This document shows, one piece after another, positions 35,101 through 47,880 of a DNA stretch of 64,000 bases (its first letter is position 1; every line of letters begins with the position of its first letter). The stretch comes from Macrostomum lignano (taxonomy: Eukaryota): contig NIVC01000544.1 of NCBI GenBank assembly GCA_002269645.1, positions 372,001 through 436,000 of the forward strand, written 5' to 3'. The position numbers and the translations under genes are program-made. A model generated the notes under the pieces. The model saw only the letters and a list, made by a program, of their open reading frames with translations, had not been told where the DNA came from and made no database searches.

Positions 35101-38100
35101 ACACAGGGATAGCGAGAGTGACACAGGAATAGCGAGAGTAACACAGGAATAGGGAGAGTGACACAGGAATAGCGAGAGTGACACAGGAATAGCGAGAGTG
35201 ACGCAGGGATAAAGAGAGTGACAGGAATAGCGAGAGTGACACAGGAATAGCGAGAGTGACACAGGAATAGCGAGAGTGACGCAGGGATAAAGAGAGTGAC
35301 ACAGGAATATCGAGAGTGACACACGAATATTGAGAGTGACACAGGGATATTGAGACACTAATTTATAATTTTGTACCTACCTAACTAAATTGTGCTGCAG
35401 CTCTTCGAACGGCTCTCGAAAGCGAACTAGGACTCGATCGTTTCGTGGAATTGAAAGCTTCTGTAAGCATAATTAATATTTTATTGGCTTGTATCTGTGT
35501 TGATTTTATCATTGTGTATAATGCCTATGACTTGTTATCCCAACATTCTAAGCTCCCGCTACCGTTAACGCCGCCATACAAGCAGGTAATATCAGATATA
35601 TGTATCGGTATAGCAGTTTAATCGAAAGTATTAAGTATGAAACCTGCTGCAATTACTTGTATTTATTGTTAGCATCTGTCAATATTGAAAATCAATAACA
35701 ATCGTGGTGTTGATGGCATTTCGATTTTATTATCTAACACATTAAGTATTTACTTTACTCGGTGTTGCGGTATAATTTTTGCTGTCATTTCTTTGGTTTA
35801 TGCTGCTCATGTTAATTGCAATAGCTTGAGTTTTTGTTTAATATGAAACGGTTAAGAAGACGCACTCATTAGAACTAATTGTTTCCTCCACGGATGTTTC
35901 CTCTAGGCTCTCTACTCTTATATTATCATCATCTCTTCTTGCGTTTCCGTCACGGCTTCCCTGCATATCCCTCTCCTCTTCTCTCCACCCCCTGTCTGCT
36001 CCTGCGGTCCGTTTCTCCTTTTTCTGCCCTCTGTCTGTCTCTGCCTCCGCTCTGCCCCCTTTGTCTGTTTCTCCTCTTTTCCGCTCCCCTCTCCGCCCTC
36101 CATCTTCGCTCCTCTCCCAACCTCCTGTCCCGCCCACTCTCTCTGCCATTCTGTCTCCCACTGCTCTTCTCTCCGCCCCCTCTCTCCGCCCCCTATGACC
36201 GCTCCTTCTCTTTCCGCACCTCTCTCCGCCCCTTTTGTCCGCTCCTCCTCTTTTCGCCCCTCTCTCCGCCCCTTTTGTCCGCTCCTTCTCTTTCCGCCCC
36301 CTCTCCGCCCCCTATGTCCGCTCCTTCTCTTTCCGCACCTCTCTCCGCCCCTCCTCTCCGCCCCCTCCTCTCCGCACCCTGTCCGCTCCTCCTCTTTCCG
36401 CCCCTCTCTCCGCACCCTATGTCCGCTCCTCCTCTTTCCGCCCCTCTCTCCGCCCCCTATGTCCACTCCTCTTTCCGCCCCCTCTCCGCCCCCTTTGTCC
36501 GCTCCTTCTCTTTCCGCCCCCTCTCCGTCCCCTATGTCCGCTCCTTCTCTTCCCGCCCTCTCTCCGCCCCTTTTGTCCGCTCCTTCTCTTTCCGCCCCCT
36601 CTCCGCCCCCTATGTCCGCTCCTCCTCTTTTCGCCCCTCTCTCCGCCCCTTTTGTCCACTCCTCTTTCCGCCCCCTCTCCGCCCCCTATGTCCGCTCCTT
36701 CTCTTTCCGCACCTCTCTCCGCCCCTCCTCTCCGCCCCCTCCTCTCCGCACCCTGTCCGCTCCTCCTCTTTCCGCCCCTCTCCGCCCCCTATGTCCCCTC
36801 CTTCTCTTTCCGCCCTCTCTCCGCCCCTTTTGTCCGCTCCTTCTCTTTCCGCCCCCTCTCCGCCCCCTATGTCCGCTCCTCCTCTTTTCGCCCCTCTCTC
36901 CGCCCCTTTTGTCCACTCCTCTTTCCGCCCCCTCTCCGCCCCCTATGTCCGCTCCTTCTCTTTCCGCACCTCTCTCCGCCTCTCTCTTCGCCCCTCCTCT
37001 CCGCCCGTCCTCTCCGCCCCTCTCTCCGCCCCTCCTCTCCGCCCCTCTCTCCGCACATCTCTCCGCCCCCTCCTCTCCGCACCCTGTCTGCTCCTCCTCT
37101 TTCCGCCCCTCCCTCCGCCCTTCTGTGTACCGTTGCTTTTCTTTCCACTCCTCCCTTTCCGCTCCCTCTTTTTCCGCCCTTCTGTATCCACCCCCTCCCT
37201 CTGCTCCCCCTCTCCGCCCCCACTCTCTCCGATCTTCTCTCTCCTTTCTCTCCGCCCCCCTTTTCCGCTCCACTTCCTTTCACTCAGCCTTTCAATTTAC
37301 GCAGCTTCAAGACGAAACCATGTGAGACGTGACTGTGTGAACTTCACTTTCATTGACTTGTTTTTGCGCCACCGGTTTCCTATTGGTATGCTAGCACTGG
37401 CGGTGTATTACAGGCTAAGGGAAATTTCTATATAATTTTCTGTCTGCCCTTTCTTCTTCTCTTTCTTCAACTCGTGGCTCAATGCATTTCCGTCTATAAG
37501 ACAGAGAAATTGCGGATGAATTCCTTAATCGCCTCGGGGTCGGTTCGAACTAGAGGGGAAAGTAGTTTGAGAATGAGGAATCGACACTTTTTATAATCAT
37601 AGCTATCGCCAGCCGGGTGAAAACTCGCTCCCATCCCAGCGTCTGTGCCACATCGCGTGTCCTTTTGAGGTCGATGCCTCATCATAATCTAAAAGCCTGG
37701 TTGATCTTAATCGCGTGCAACTGAGGAAAAATGATAGAAAGAATTCAAAACTTTCAATACGACTTTTATTGGCCATCTATGAGCGTAGTTAACGGTGAAT
37801 ATATTATTTTTTATAGTAGGGTGAGAACTTAGTAGCTCAGGGCTGTGACTTGTTTGGTTCGATGCCATGTGCGGCCACTTTCATTTGGGGCTAGTGTGCA
37901 CGTTCGATTTATTGAGGGCCAAGCCACAAGGCAGAGAGAGTGTACATTCCTGATGACTAGACAGTCAGGGCCGTTATACACCCTGTGTGAGCGTGTGTAC
38001 ATGTATAAGCGCGTTAATACTGTACCCAGGCACGCACTCACACACACGCTCACCGCGCTGAGCTGCTCTGCCCGCTGAAAGGAACCCAAAGGCCTATGTA

Positions 38101-40219
38101 CTCTCACTAGGAGGGCCCATGGTATTTCCGTGGCTTTCCCTGCGGGCAAGAGTTCTCCCATGCTAACACATAGGCGCCCGTCTGATACCGGCCCACGGAA
38201 TTTCCACGGCTTTCCCTGCGGGCAAGAGTTCTCCCATGCTAACACATAGGCGCCCGTCTGATACCGGCCCACGGAATTTCCACGGCTTTCCCTGTGGGCA
38301 AGAGTTCTCCCATGCTAACACATAGGCGCCCGTCTGATACCGGCCCACGGAATTTCCACGGCTTTCCCTGTGGGCAAGAGTTCTCCCATGCTAACACATA
38401 GGCGCCCGTCTGATACCGGCCCACGGAATTTCCACGGCTTTCCCTGTGGGCAAGAGTTCTCCCATGCTAACACATAGACGCCCGTCTGATACCGGCCCAC
38501 GGAATTTCCATGGCTTTCCCTGTGGGCAAGAGTTCTCCCATGCTAACACATAGGCGCCCGTCTGATACGGGCCCACGGAATTTCCACGGCTTTCCCTGCG
38601 GGCAAGAGTTCTCCCATGCTAACACATAGGCGCCCGTCTGATACCGGCCCACGGAATTTCCACGGCTTTCCCTGTGGGCAAGAGTTCTCCCATGCTAACA
38701 CATAGGCGCCCGTCTGATACCGGCCCACGGAATTTCCACGGCTTTCCCTGTGGGCAAGAGTTCTCCCATGCTAACACATAGGCGCCCGTCTGATACCGGC
38801 CCACGGAATTTCCACGGCTTTCCCTGTGGGCAAGAGTTCTCCCATGCTAACACATAGGCGCCCGTCTGATACCGGCCCACGGAATTTCCGCGGCTTTCCC
38901 TGCGGGCAAGAGTTCTCCCATGCCAACACATAGGCGCCCGTCTGATTCGGGCCCACGGAATTTTCACGGCTTCCCCGGTGGGCAAGAGTTCTCCCATGCC
39001 AACACATAGGCGCCCGTCTGATTCGGGCCCACGGAATTTTCACGGCTTCCCCGGTGGGCAAGAGTTCTCCCATGCCAACACATAGGCGCCCATCTGATTC
39101 GGGCCCACGGAATTTCCGCGGCTTCCCGGTGGGCAAGAGTTCTCCCATGCTAACACATAGGCGCCCGTCTGATACCGGTCCACGGAGTTTCCACGGCTTT
39201 CCCTGCAACAGTGTCCACTTCCCACATTTCCCCTACTACTTTAGATAGCTAGGAATAGCTGTCTGCCAATATGCAGTACAGCAGTTTACCAAAATATATT
39301 TAATAAATATGCATATACGATAAACGCATTTACTATACCTAAGAAGTTTACAATATTATAACTATCTAATTAAATAAACAGTCTGCGAATTACTATTGCT
39401 TGTTATAATGAAACGCAAAAATTTCAAACTCTAAATCTAGTCGGTCGACAGCGGCATAAGTCCAGTTCAGTCTCGACTTCAACCGACTCAATCACGGAGT
39501 TTCCAATATCTCCGCCGAAAGGTGTTTATCGCTGTCCGCCCACCACTACTGGCCTAGTTGTCAAGAAGGATCGCTTAAGCGAAAGGTATATTGCATCTTG
39601 AATAAAACGTTCTATGAATTATTCAATAGCAGAGTTCATGTCCCAGCGCACGCTTCCATTGTGATTGAAGCTGGTATTATAGTGCAGGATGTAGTGTAAT
39701 ACAGTAATACTGCATTGTATTTAGCTTGCGTTTGCATTGCCAACCGGAAGTGCATGCCAATGAATGAGTTTTAGCATCCATTGATTGAGTGAACTCTACT
39801 GCTGCTTCTTGCATCTATTTATAAACTTTTTCTGGAAGTTCTAGTTTAGTAAAGCGTTATATAATATAAAACTGTATTTTGCCTCCTCAAACTATTTACA
39901 GATGCGTCCTTGTTACTAACCGGAAGTCGCCATTCTATGCCTTTTCAATCGTCAAATTTTGTCGCGACTCTTCGGCTAATGCAAGGTATGTTTTTTTAAT
40001 TAGTTCAATGTTTCTGGACTGCTGACATCTTGCCTTGCTAATCTTTTCTCTTATATACTCTATGCTTCTACATTCTGTACTACTGTCCTTCTAGTGACTT
40101 TTACTGTTCAGGACTTCCATTCTTGCCTGTTTGTCTGTCTGTCTGTCTTTCTCAATGGCTGTTTGTCTGTCTGTCCGTCTGTCTGCCTGTCTGTCTGCCT
40201 GTCTTTCTGCCTGCCTGCC

Positions 40220-40260
<41 letters not shown>

Positions 40261-40311
40261 GCCTGTCTTTCTGCCTGCCTGCCTGTCTGTCTGTCTGTCT
40301 GTCTTTCTCAA

Positions 40312-40376
<65 letters not shown>

Positions 40377-40383
40377 TTCTCAA

Positions 40384-40462
<79 letters not shown>

Positions 40463-40927
40463 ACCGTCTGGTACGGCTCAGTATCAGAATTTCATTTATA
40501 TCATCACTTCGTCTGTCAGTGCATAGGGTTTTTAATTACGCCAATGTTGTCACGATTCTTCGAATACTAAGGTCTGATATATTTGCTAGAGTCTAGCTAT
40601 ATTCTACTCTGTCGCAAGCACACCGGCTATCATTGCAACCTCCCTGCTCCCGAATCGTCTTTCATCCAGCCGAAGCGACCAACCAGAATCCAGACTCCGT
40701 CATCACTCCAGCGGAAGCGTGTCGCCAACTCATGAGATCCTGCTGGCCCAATTTGGAGTTTTGCCTCGTTTCGAAGAAAATCAGGTGCGTCATTAGGAAA
40801 CTGCAGCAGCATGAATCAAATATGCACTAGTTAGTTTGTTAGGGTTAGTTAGTTAGTTACTTATTAGTTGGTTGGTTAGTTAGTTGGTTTGTTAGTCAGT
40901 TAGTTGGTTAGTTAGTTAGTTAGTCAA

Positions 40928-40992
<65 letters not shown>

Positions 40993-41043
40993 CAGTTAGT
41001 TAGTTAGTTAGTTAGTTAGTCAGTTAGTTAGTTAGTTAGTCAA

Positions 41044-41124
<81 letters not shown>

Positions 41125-41153
41125 CAGTTAGTTAGTTAGTTAGTTAGTTAGTC

Positions 41154-41196
<43 letters not shown>

Positions 41197-41199
41197 CAA

Positions 41200-41256
<57 letters not shown>

Positions 41257-41285
41257 CAGTTAGTTAGTTAGTTAGTTAGTTAGTC

Positions 41286-41324
<39 letters not shown>

Positions 41325-41339
41325 CAGTTAGTTAGTTAA

Positions 41340-41376
<37 letters not shown>

Positions 41377-41379
41377 CAA

Positions 41380-41440
<61 letters not shown>

Positions 41441-41489
41441 CAGTTAGTTAGTTAGTTAGTTAGTTAGTCAGTTAGTTAGTTAGTTAGTC

Positions 41490-41560
<71 letters not shown>

Positions 41561-41605
41561 CAGTTAGTTAGTTAGTCAGTTAGTTAGTTAGTTAGTTAGT
41601 TAGTC

Positions 41606-41644
<39 letters not shown>

Positions 41645-41647
41645 CAA

Positions 41648-41712
<65 letters not shown>

Positions 41713-41713
41713 C

Positions 41714-41744
<31 letters not shown>

Positions 41745-41745
41745 C

Positions 41746-41776
<31 letters not shown>

Positions 41777-41791
41777 CAGTTAGTTAGTTAA

Positions 41792-41832
<41 letters not shown>

Positions 41833-41835
41833 CAA

Positions 41836-41896
<61 letters not shown>

Positions 41897-41925
41897 CAGT
41901 TAGTTAGTTAGTTAGTTAGTTAGTC

Positions 41926-41956
<31 letters not shown>

Positions 41957-41957
41957 C

Positions 41958-42024
<67 letters not shown>

Positions 42025-45000
42025 CAGTTAGTTAGTTAGTAAGTTAGTTAGTTAGTTAGGCAGTTAGGCAGTTAGTTAGTTAGTTAGAGGGAGGCTAAGA
42101 GGAAGAGAGGGAGAAGACAGCAGGGAAGAGAACTAACGCACTGTTTGAATGTGAAGCTTATAATCCAGCACAGGCATGCAGCAATAATGATTATCGTATT
42201 GCCATTCACACCCATGGCCACCGCAGTCCGTGTCCTACGGTCATCTGCTGCAACCGTCTGCCGTTCGTCGCCGACGAGAGAGCGGCTCTTACAAGCGCTA
42301 CCTGTCGGTTGATGAGCACGAGTCCTACCCGCCAGCCGCTAACCAGACTGGCCTGTCTATATCTCCAAGTGAGTGCCTATAATAATAGTGATAGAAAATA
42401 TACGTCAGCTCTGTCTGGGACAACTCGATTGTCTTTTTTGTGACAATTTGACTGTCCGTGACAATTTCACTGGCTGTCAGTGACAATCTGATTGTCTATC
42501 AGTACTTGACAATTTGACACTGTCATTAACAATTGTTTGGACTGTCTATCAGTGACAATTCGAATCTGTCAGTGACCATCTGACTAGCTGTCAGTGACAA
42601 TCTGACTAGCTGTCAGTGACAATCTGACTGTCTATTAGTGACAAAGTGACAATGATGTCAGTGACAATCTGACTGTCTATTAGTGACAAAGTGACAATGA
42701 TGTCAGTGACAATCCGACTGTCTATTAGTGACAAAGTGACAATGAGGTCAGTGACAATCCGACTGTCTATTAGTGACAAAGTGACAATGATGTCAATGAC
42801 AATCTGACTGTCTATTAGTGACAAAGTGACAATGATGTCAGTGACAATCTGACTGTCTATTAGTGACAAAGTGACAATGATGTCAGTGACAATCTGACTG
42901 TCTATTAGTGACAAAGTGACAATGATGTCAGTGACAATCTGACTGTCTATTAGTGACAAAGTGACAATGATGTCAGTGACAATCTGACTGTCTCTTAGTG
43001 ACAAAGTGACAATGATTTCAGTGACAATCTGACTGTCTATTAGTGACAAAGTGACAATGATGTCAGTGACAATCTGACTGTCTATTAGTGACAAAGTGAC
43101 AATGATGTCAGTGACAATCGTCCGCACTTTGACAAAAAAACAAGCGAAATCGATTTTTCTGACAGTAAATTTACATTTTGTTGGCGCTGCGATAAAAAAG
43201 TTTTATGGGTTTTTACCTTAATCCAAAGGCAAAAAGAATGGGTGATTTGCTTAGGACCCTATTGCTTTAATATACCAGTTCAGCTCTTTAATAACTAGTG
43301 TGCATTCTTCTATTGTGTGTATATCTGCACTTTTCAGTTTTTCTTACCATAAATCACCTGAACGCACCCTTATTACAGCCCACACTCGCAGACGTCGGAC
43401 ATTAGCTGTTTCTAATAACAGTAAAAGCTTGTTTTTCTTTGATACGACACTATTTCTGCACGATGCCGTCATCAGCTTTTTCTACTTCTATTTTTTTCAA
43501 AACTCGACCCATACTCTTTTCCAGCTGTTATTAAACCTTTTCTTCTTAATCTGTGTTATCGATTTTTCAGTCTACACCTTCAACCCACCCACCTCCCTCC
43601 GCGTGTGTTTTATCGATTTTTCAGTCTACACCTTCAACTCACCCACCTCCCTCCGCGTGTGTGTTTTATCGATTTTCCAGCCTGTCCCTCAACCCACCCA
43701 CCTCCCTCCGCGTGTGTGTTTTATCGATTTTCCAGCCTGTCCCTCAACCCACCCACCTCCCTCCGCGTGTGTGTTTTATCGATTTTCCAGCCTGTCCCTC
43801 AACCCACCCACCTCCCTCCGCGTGTGTGTTTTATCGATTTTCCAGCCTGTCCCTCCACCCACCCACCTCTCTCTGCGTGTGTGTTTTTATCGATTTTCCA
43901 GCCTGTCCCTCAACCCACCCACCTCCCTCCGCGTGTCTGTTTTATCGATTTTCCACTTTTCCAGTCTCTAAACCTATTAAACCTAAAATTCACGGGCATG
44001 TGGAATTTTCGGTGGTTCTATAAAATGAATAGTTATCTACCTGATGTATGCACCTTGCGGTACAGTGTCTATTGTGTTCTTGGGTTTAGAGTGATCTTAA
44101 TATTTTACCAATTAACTTTTAATAACTGACATGTATAGACAGATATGCGTAATTGTGTTATTTATTATTACCAACTAATATAGAGCAGCCATATTTATTT
44201 TTGTCTATGTAAAATTATCTAGGTATAGACTAATATTTCCATTTTTAACTTGAACGAGTATCAATTTATTCATATTTTTACTCCATTTTGTCGCGCAGTT
44301 AAAGAATCCGCTCCATTGGTTGTCTACCATCCTCACCTGCTGGACAACCCGGATTTGACCTGCGGAAAGCATATGACTGTGCTCAATTTCACCTCCTACG
44401 TGGTAAGTTCAATTCTTTCAATTTTGTCAGTTTTCTTATTTAAAGCATGCCTTTTTCACAATGGCCTGTCTCTTTAAGACATCCGTGATGGAATACGTTC
44501 GACCGTCGGATCTGAAGAAGGATTTAAATCAACAATTTCGCGAGAGATTTCCCCAGATCCAGTTGACTTTGAGTAAACTGCGCAGCTTGAAAGCCGATCT
44601 GCACAGAATTGCTAAAAAGGTAAAGTTTGTGCAACCCTGTTTTAACTTTTTTGGAGCATAGCATCCACCTTCTTGTCCTCTGTGCCTTCTGTGAGACACT
44701 CTTCCTGTATCTATACATGCTGTCAATCAGCCCTTCCTGTCTCTCTATCCATGCTGTGGGACACCCCTTCCTGTCTCTATCCATGCTGTGGGACACTCCT
44801 TCCTGTCTCTATCCATGCTGTGGGACACTCCTTCCTGTCTCTATCCATGCTGTGGGACACTCCTTCCTGTCTCTATCCATGCTGTGGGACACCCCTTCCT
44901 GTCTCTATCCATGCTGTGGGACACTCCTTCCTGTCTCTATCCATGCTGTGGGACACTCCTTCCTGTCTCTATCCATGCTGTGGGACACTCCTTCCTGTCT

Positions 45001-45855
45001 CTATCCATGCTGTGGGACACCCCTTCCTGTCTCTATCCTTATGCTTTGAGACACCCCTTCCTGTCTCTATCCATGCTGTGGGACACCCCTTCCTGTCTCT
45101 CTATCCATGCTGTGGGACACCCCTTCCTGTCTCTCTATCCATGCTGTGGGACACCCCTTCCTGTCTCTATCCATGCTGTGGGACACCCCTTCCTGTCTCT
45201 ATTCATGCTGTGGGACACCCCTTCCTGTCTCTCTATCCATGCTGTGGGACACCCTTCCTGTCTCTATTCATACCGTGAGACACCCCTTCTTGCCTCGTGT
45301 GTCTCCCATGCAACGTTTTTCTCCCTATTTTTTCACAACGCAGTCGAGCATGGACCTGTGGACTTTGGCCCAATCGTTTGTATTCTTCGAGAAGCTGGCA
45401 CTGAAAGGCCTCATCAACAAGGCCAATAGGAAGTGCTGCTGCGCCGCTAGCCTGGTCCTGTCCGCTAAGCTCAACGACGTCAAAGGAGCCGAATTGAACA
45501 ACTTATTCGACGTAAGGCATCTTCCTACCTTTGCTTTATTTATTATTGGATCTCTGGCGCTTCACGCTTCAAGTCACAATGGGCCGCTGTGCACCCTGTG
45601 TAAGCGTGTGTATGAGTGCGTACAGTACAGTACAGTATTAGCTTAGCTTGCATGCTGCTCAGGAGTGACTGCGGGACAATGTCAGCCCCAAACTTGCCGT
45701 TTCATCAGGAACTGGAAACTGCGTTTCGTTTGACTAAACGAGAAATTCTGCTGTTTGAACTGCCAATCCTTGTTGGCCTGGAGTTCTCTCTGGTCCTGCC
45801 CGACTACGAGATATCGCCCCATCTGCACCGGCTGGAGACTGAAACTGTCAGATAG
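32197..45855 (+). CDS. CABLES: CABLES (CDK5 and ABL1 enzyme substrate), about 677 codons, 11 exons plus one optional exon; initiator codon not found in the genomic sequence
   Basis: Exons 32197-32604, 34140-34657, 35401-35462, 39441-39585, 39902-39985, 40670-40784, 42227-42368, (43379-43420), 44299-44402, 44479-44619, 45344-45511, 45709-45855; all phases chain correctly. N-terminal [17 protein letters not shown], internal [18 protein letters not shown] and [10 protein letters not shown], and the C-terminal cyclin-like box [16 protein letters not shown]...[33 protein letters not shown]...[16 protein letters not shown]...[16 protein letters not shown]. Middle exons are less certain than the ends. 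Confidence 0.88.
32680..32955. repeat. About 27-bp degenerate minisatellite CAGATCCCCAAACTGACCTTGAAGAC (CABLES intron 1)
   Basis: Repeated AAACTGACCTTG. Confidence 0.8.
33590..34020. repeat. About 34-bp minisatellite GTTTTCGAAGATTTGGAGGTTTCCAGGAAGTGAC (CABLES intron 1)
   Basis: Direct tandem copies. Confidence 0.9.
34890..35355. repeat. 20-bp minisatellite GAGAGTGACACAGGAATAGC (CABLES intron 2)
   Basis: Direct tandem copies. Confidence 0.9.
35940..37290. repeat. C/T-rich compound satellite (CCCCTCTCCGCC, TGTCCGCTCCTTCTCTTTCCG; CABLES intron 3)
   Basis: About 1.35 kb, almost purine-free on the + strand apart from single G. Confidence 0.92.
38120..39205. repeat. 76-bp tandem satellite, about 14 copies (CABLES intron 3)
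   Basis: Unit TTTCCACGGCTTTCCCTGTGGGCAAGAGTTCTCCCATGCTAACACATAGGCGCCCGTCTGATACCGGCCCACGGAA; ORF-track starts recur every 76 nt. Confidence 0.95.
40125..40461. repeat. (TCTG)n microsatellite (CABLES intron 5)
   Basis: Visible directly. Confidence 0.95.
40828..42087. repeat. (TTAG)n microsatellite of about 1.25 kb (CABLES intron 6)
   Basis: Visible directly, with TCAG/TCAA variants. Confidence 0.97.
42560..43120. repeat. 45-bp minisatellite GTCAGTGACAATCTGACTGTCTATTAGTGACAAAGTGACAATGAT
   Basis: About 11 near-identical copies. Confidence 0.93.
43555..43965. repeat. 55-bp minisatellite CAGCCTGTCCCTCAACCCACCCACCTCCCTCCGCGTGTGTGTTTTATCGATTTTC
   Basis: About 7 copies. Confidence 0.92.
44740..45285. 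repeat. 32-bp minisatellite CCATGCTGTGGGACACTCCTTCCTGTCTCTAT
   Basis: Direct tandem copies in a CABLES intron. Confidence 0.93.
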
Positions 45856-46269
45856 GACACTGATAATATAGATTCTGCAATAATTTTACAATTATCAACT
45901 TAACTTAATCCGTGTCAAGGTTTTATTCTCTCTATATTCCAATGATCCCTGACTCAAAAAATGCTCTTGATTTTGTAGTCGTTTTGTAAAATTAATTCAT
46001 TGCAATCAGGCCGCTACAAGTATTGCTGACAATTTCCGAAGAGAATAATGTTCCATGTCTGTTCCATGATTCTATATTTTTATTCTACAATCGCATCCCT
46101 TCTTGCCTAGTTTCCGTGTTTGAATATTAAAATACAAATTTATGTATGGCTATCATTCGGTGATTACGTGATAATGTGTTGATTCTAGTGAATTTGATTA
46201 TTTGTGATTGGATTCTTCTAAATTATTTATTAATCCTTTCTGATTCAACTTTGAGTGACCATGTCATCC

Positions 46270-46830
46270 CGGTTGCACTTTTACAGAGTGACAATGCTAT
46301 TTTGGTTGCAGTTTCAATGAGTGACAATCCCATTCCGGTTGCAGTTTTCAGGAGTGACAATCCCATTCTGGTTGCAGTTTTAATGAGTGACAATGCCATT
46401 CTGGTTGCAGTTTTTAGGAGTGACAATCCCATTCTGGTTGCAGTTTTAATGAGTGACAATGCCATTCTGGTTGCAGTTTTAATGAGTGATAATGCCATTC
46501 TGGTTGCAGTTTTCAGGAGTGACAATCCCATTCCGGTTGCAGTTTTAAGGAGTGACAATCCCATTCCGGTTGCAGTTTTCAGGAGTGACAATGCCATTCT
46601 GCTTGCAGTTTTAAGGAGTGACAATCCCATTCTGGTTGCAGTTTTAATGAGTGACAATCCCATTCTGCTTGCAGTTTTCAGGAGTGACAATCCCATTCCG
46701 GTTGCAGTTTTCAGGAGTGACAATCCCATTCTGGTTGCAGTTTTCAGGAGTGACAATCCCATTCTGGTTGCAGTTTTAATGAGTGACAATGCCATTCTGG
46801 TTGCAGTTTTCAGGAGTGACAATGCCAATG
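46270..46830. repeat. 33-bp minisatellite GAGTGACAATCCCATTCTGGTTGCAGTTTTCAG
   Basis: About 17 copies, downstream of CABLES. Confidence 0.93.
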
Positions 46831-47319
46831 ATTTTAAGGATTAACACTGCTGTTCAAGTACTTGAAATGCTTAGAGATTAATAATTAATTAGATAATTTA
46901 ATTTTCATCTTTCAAGATACGATCGTATGTGGCGTGATTTCATTTCAACAATTTTTCTTATATCGAGTTTTTTTGACCGTCCCATTACAAAGAATAATCA
47001 ACTGTATTAGTGATTACTTAACCATTTTATTAATCATGGATGAAGTAGAAAAGCAATTTCATAATTACTGTGTGACCCACATTTGCTTTTCCTAAGCAGC
47101 TTGTCACGTGAACTGTCGGGGAGCACATTTGCAATTTAGCCGCCCCCTGTAAAAAACTGTTCAAATTACCGGATAGTATAGAATAAGGGTGCACCGATGC
47201 TTGAGTGAAAAACACAATTCAACAAAAAAATAAGGGTCTTTTAAGGAAAATAAGGGATATACGTAATTACCCACGCCTCCGAAAGCATTGCTGTTTATCA
47301 TTTACCTGCGTCTTAAAGA

Positions 47320-47880
47320 AAGAATCACCCTCGAACTTCGAGGAATCGCCCTTCAAACTTATTGAGGAATCGCCTCCAAACTCTTAGGAATCGCCCTCAG
47401 ACTCTTAGGAATCGCCCTCAACTCTTAGGAATCGCCCTCAAACTCTTAGAAATCGCCCTCAAACTCTGAGGAATCGCTCTCAAACTCTAAAGAATCGCCC
47501 TCAAACTCCGAGAAATCGCCTTCAAACTCTAAAGAATCGCCCTCAAACTCCGAGAAATCGCCTTCAAACTCTAAAGAATCGCCCTCAAACTCCGAGAAAT
47601 CGCCTTCAAACTCTAAAGAATCGCCCTCAAACTCCAAGGAATCGCTCTCAAACTCTGAGGAATCGCCCTCAAACTCTGAGGAATCGCCCTCAAACTCCGA
47701 GAAATCGCCTTCAAACTCTAAAGAATCGCCCTCAAACTCCGAGAAATCGCCTTCAAACTCTAAAGAATCGCCCTCAAACTCCGAGAAATCGCCTTCAAAC
47801 TCTAAAGAATCGCCCTCAAACTCCAAGGAATCGCTCTCAAACTCTGAGGAATCGCCCTCAAACTCTGAGAAATCGCCTTC
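47320..47880. repeat. 21-bp minisatellite GAATCGCCCTCAAACTCTGAG with a 42-bp higher-order alternation
   Basis: Alternating CTCTAAAGAA / CTCCGAGAAA variants. Confidence 0.92.

Noticed and set aside
37320-37690. Extra CABLES exon at about 37305 or a nested minus-strand ORF (37494-37685)
   Set aside because: Exons 35401-35462 and 39441-39585 already join in phase; the candidate exon would break the frame and the antisense ORF has no known motif.
38120-39205. CRISPR array or satellite hammerhead ribozyme (as in Schistosoma satellites)
   Set aside because: Units are contiguous with no unique spacers and no cas genes. The only CTGA reads CTGATAC/CTGATTC rather than CTGANGA, and the minus strand has no such core.
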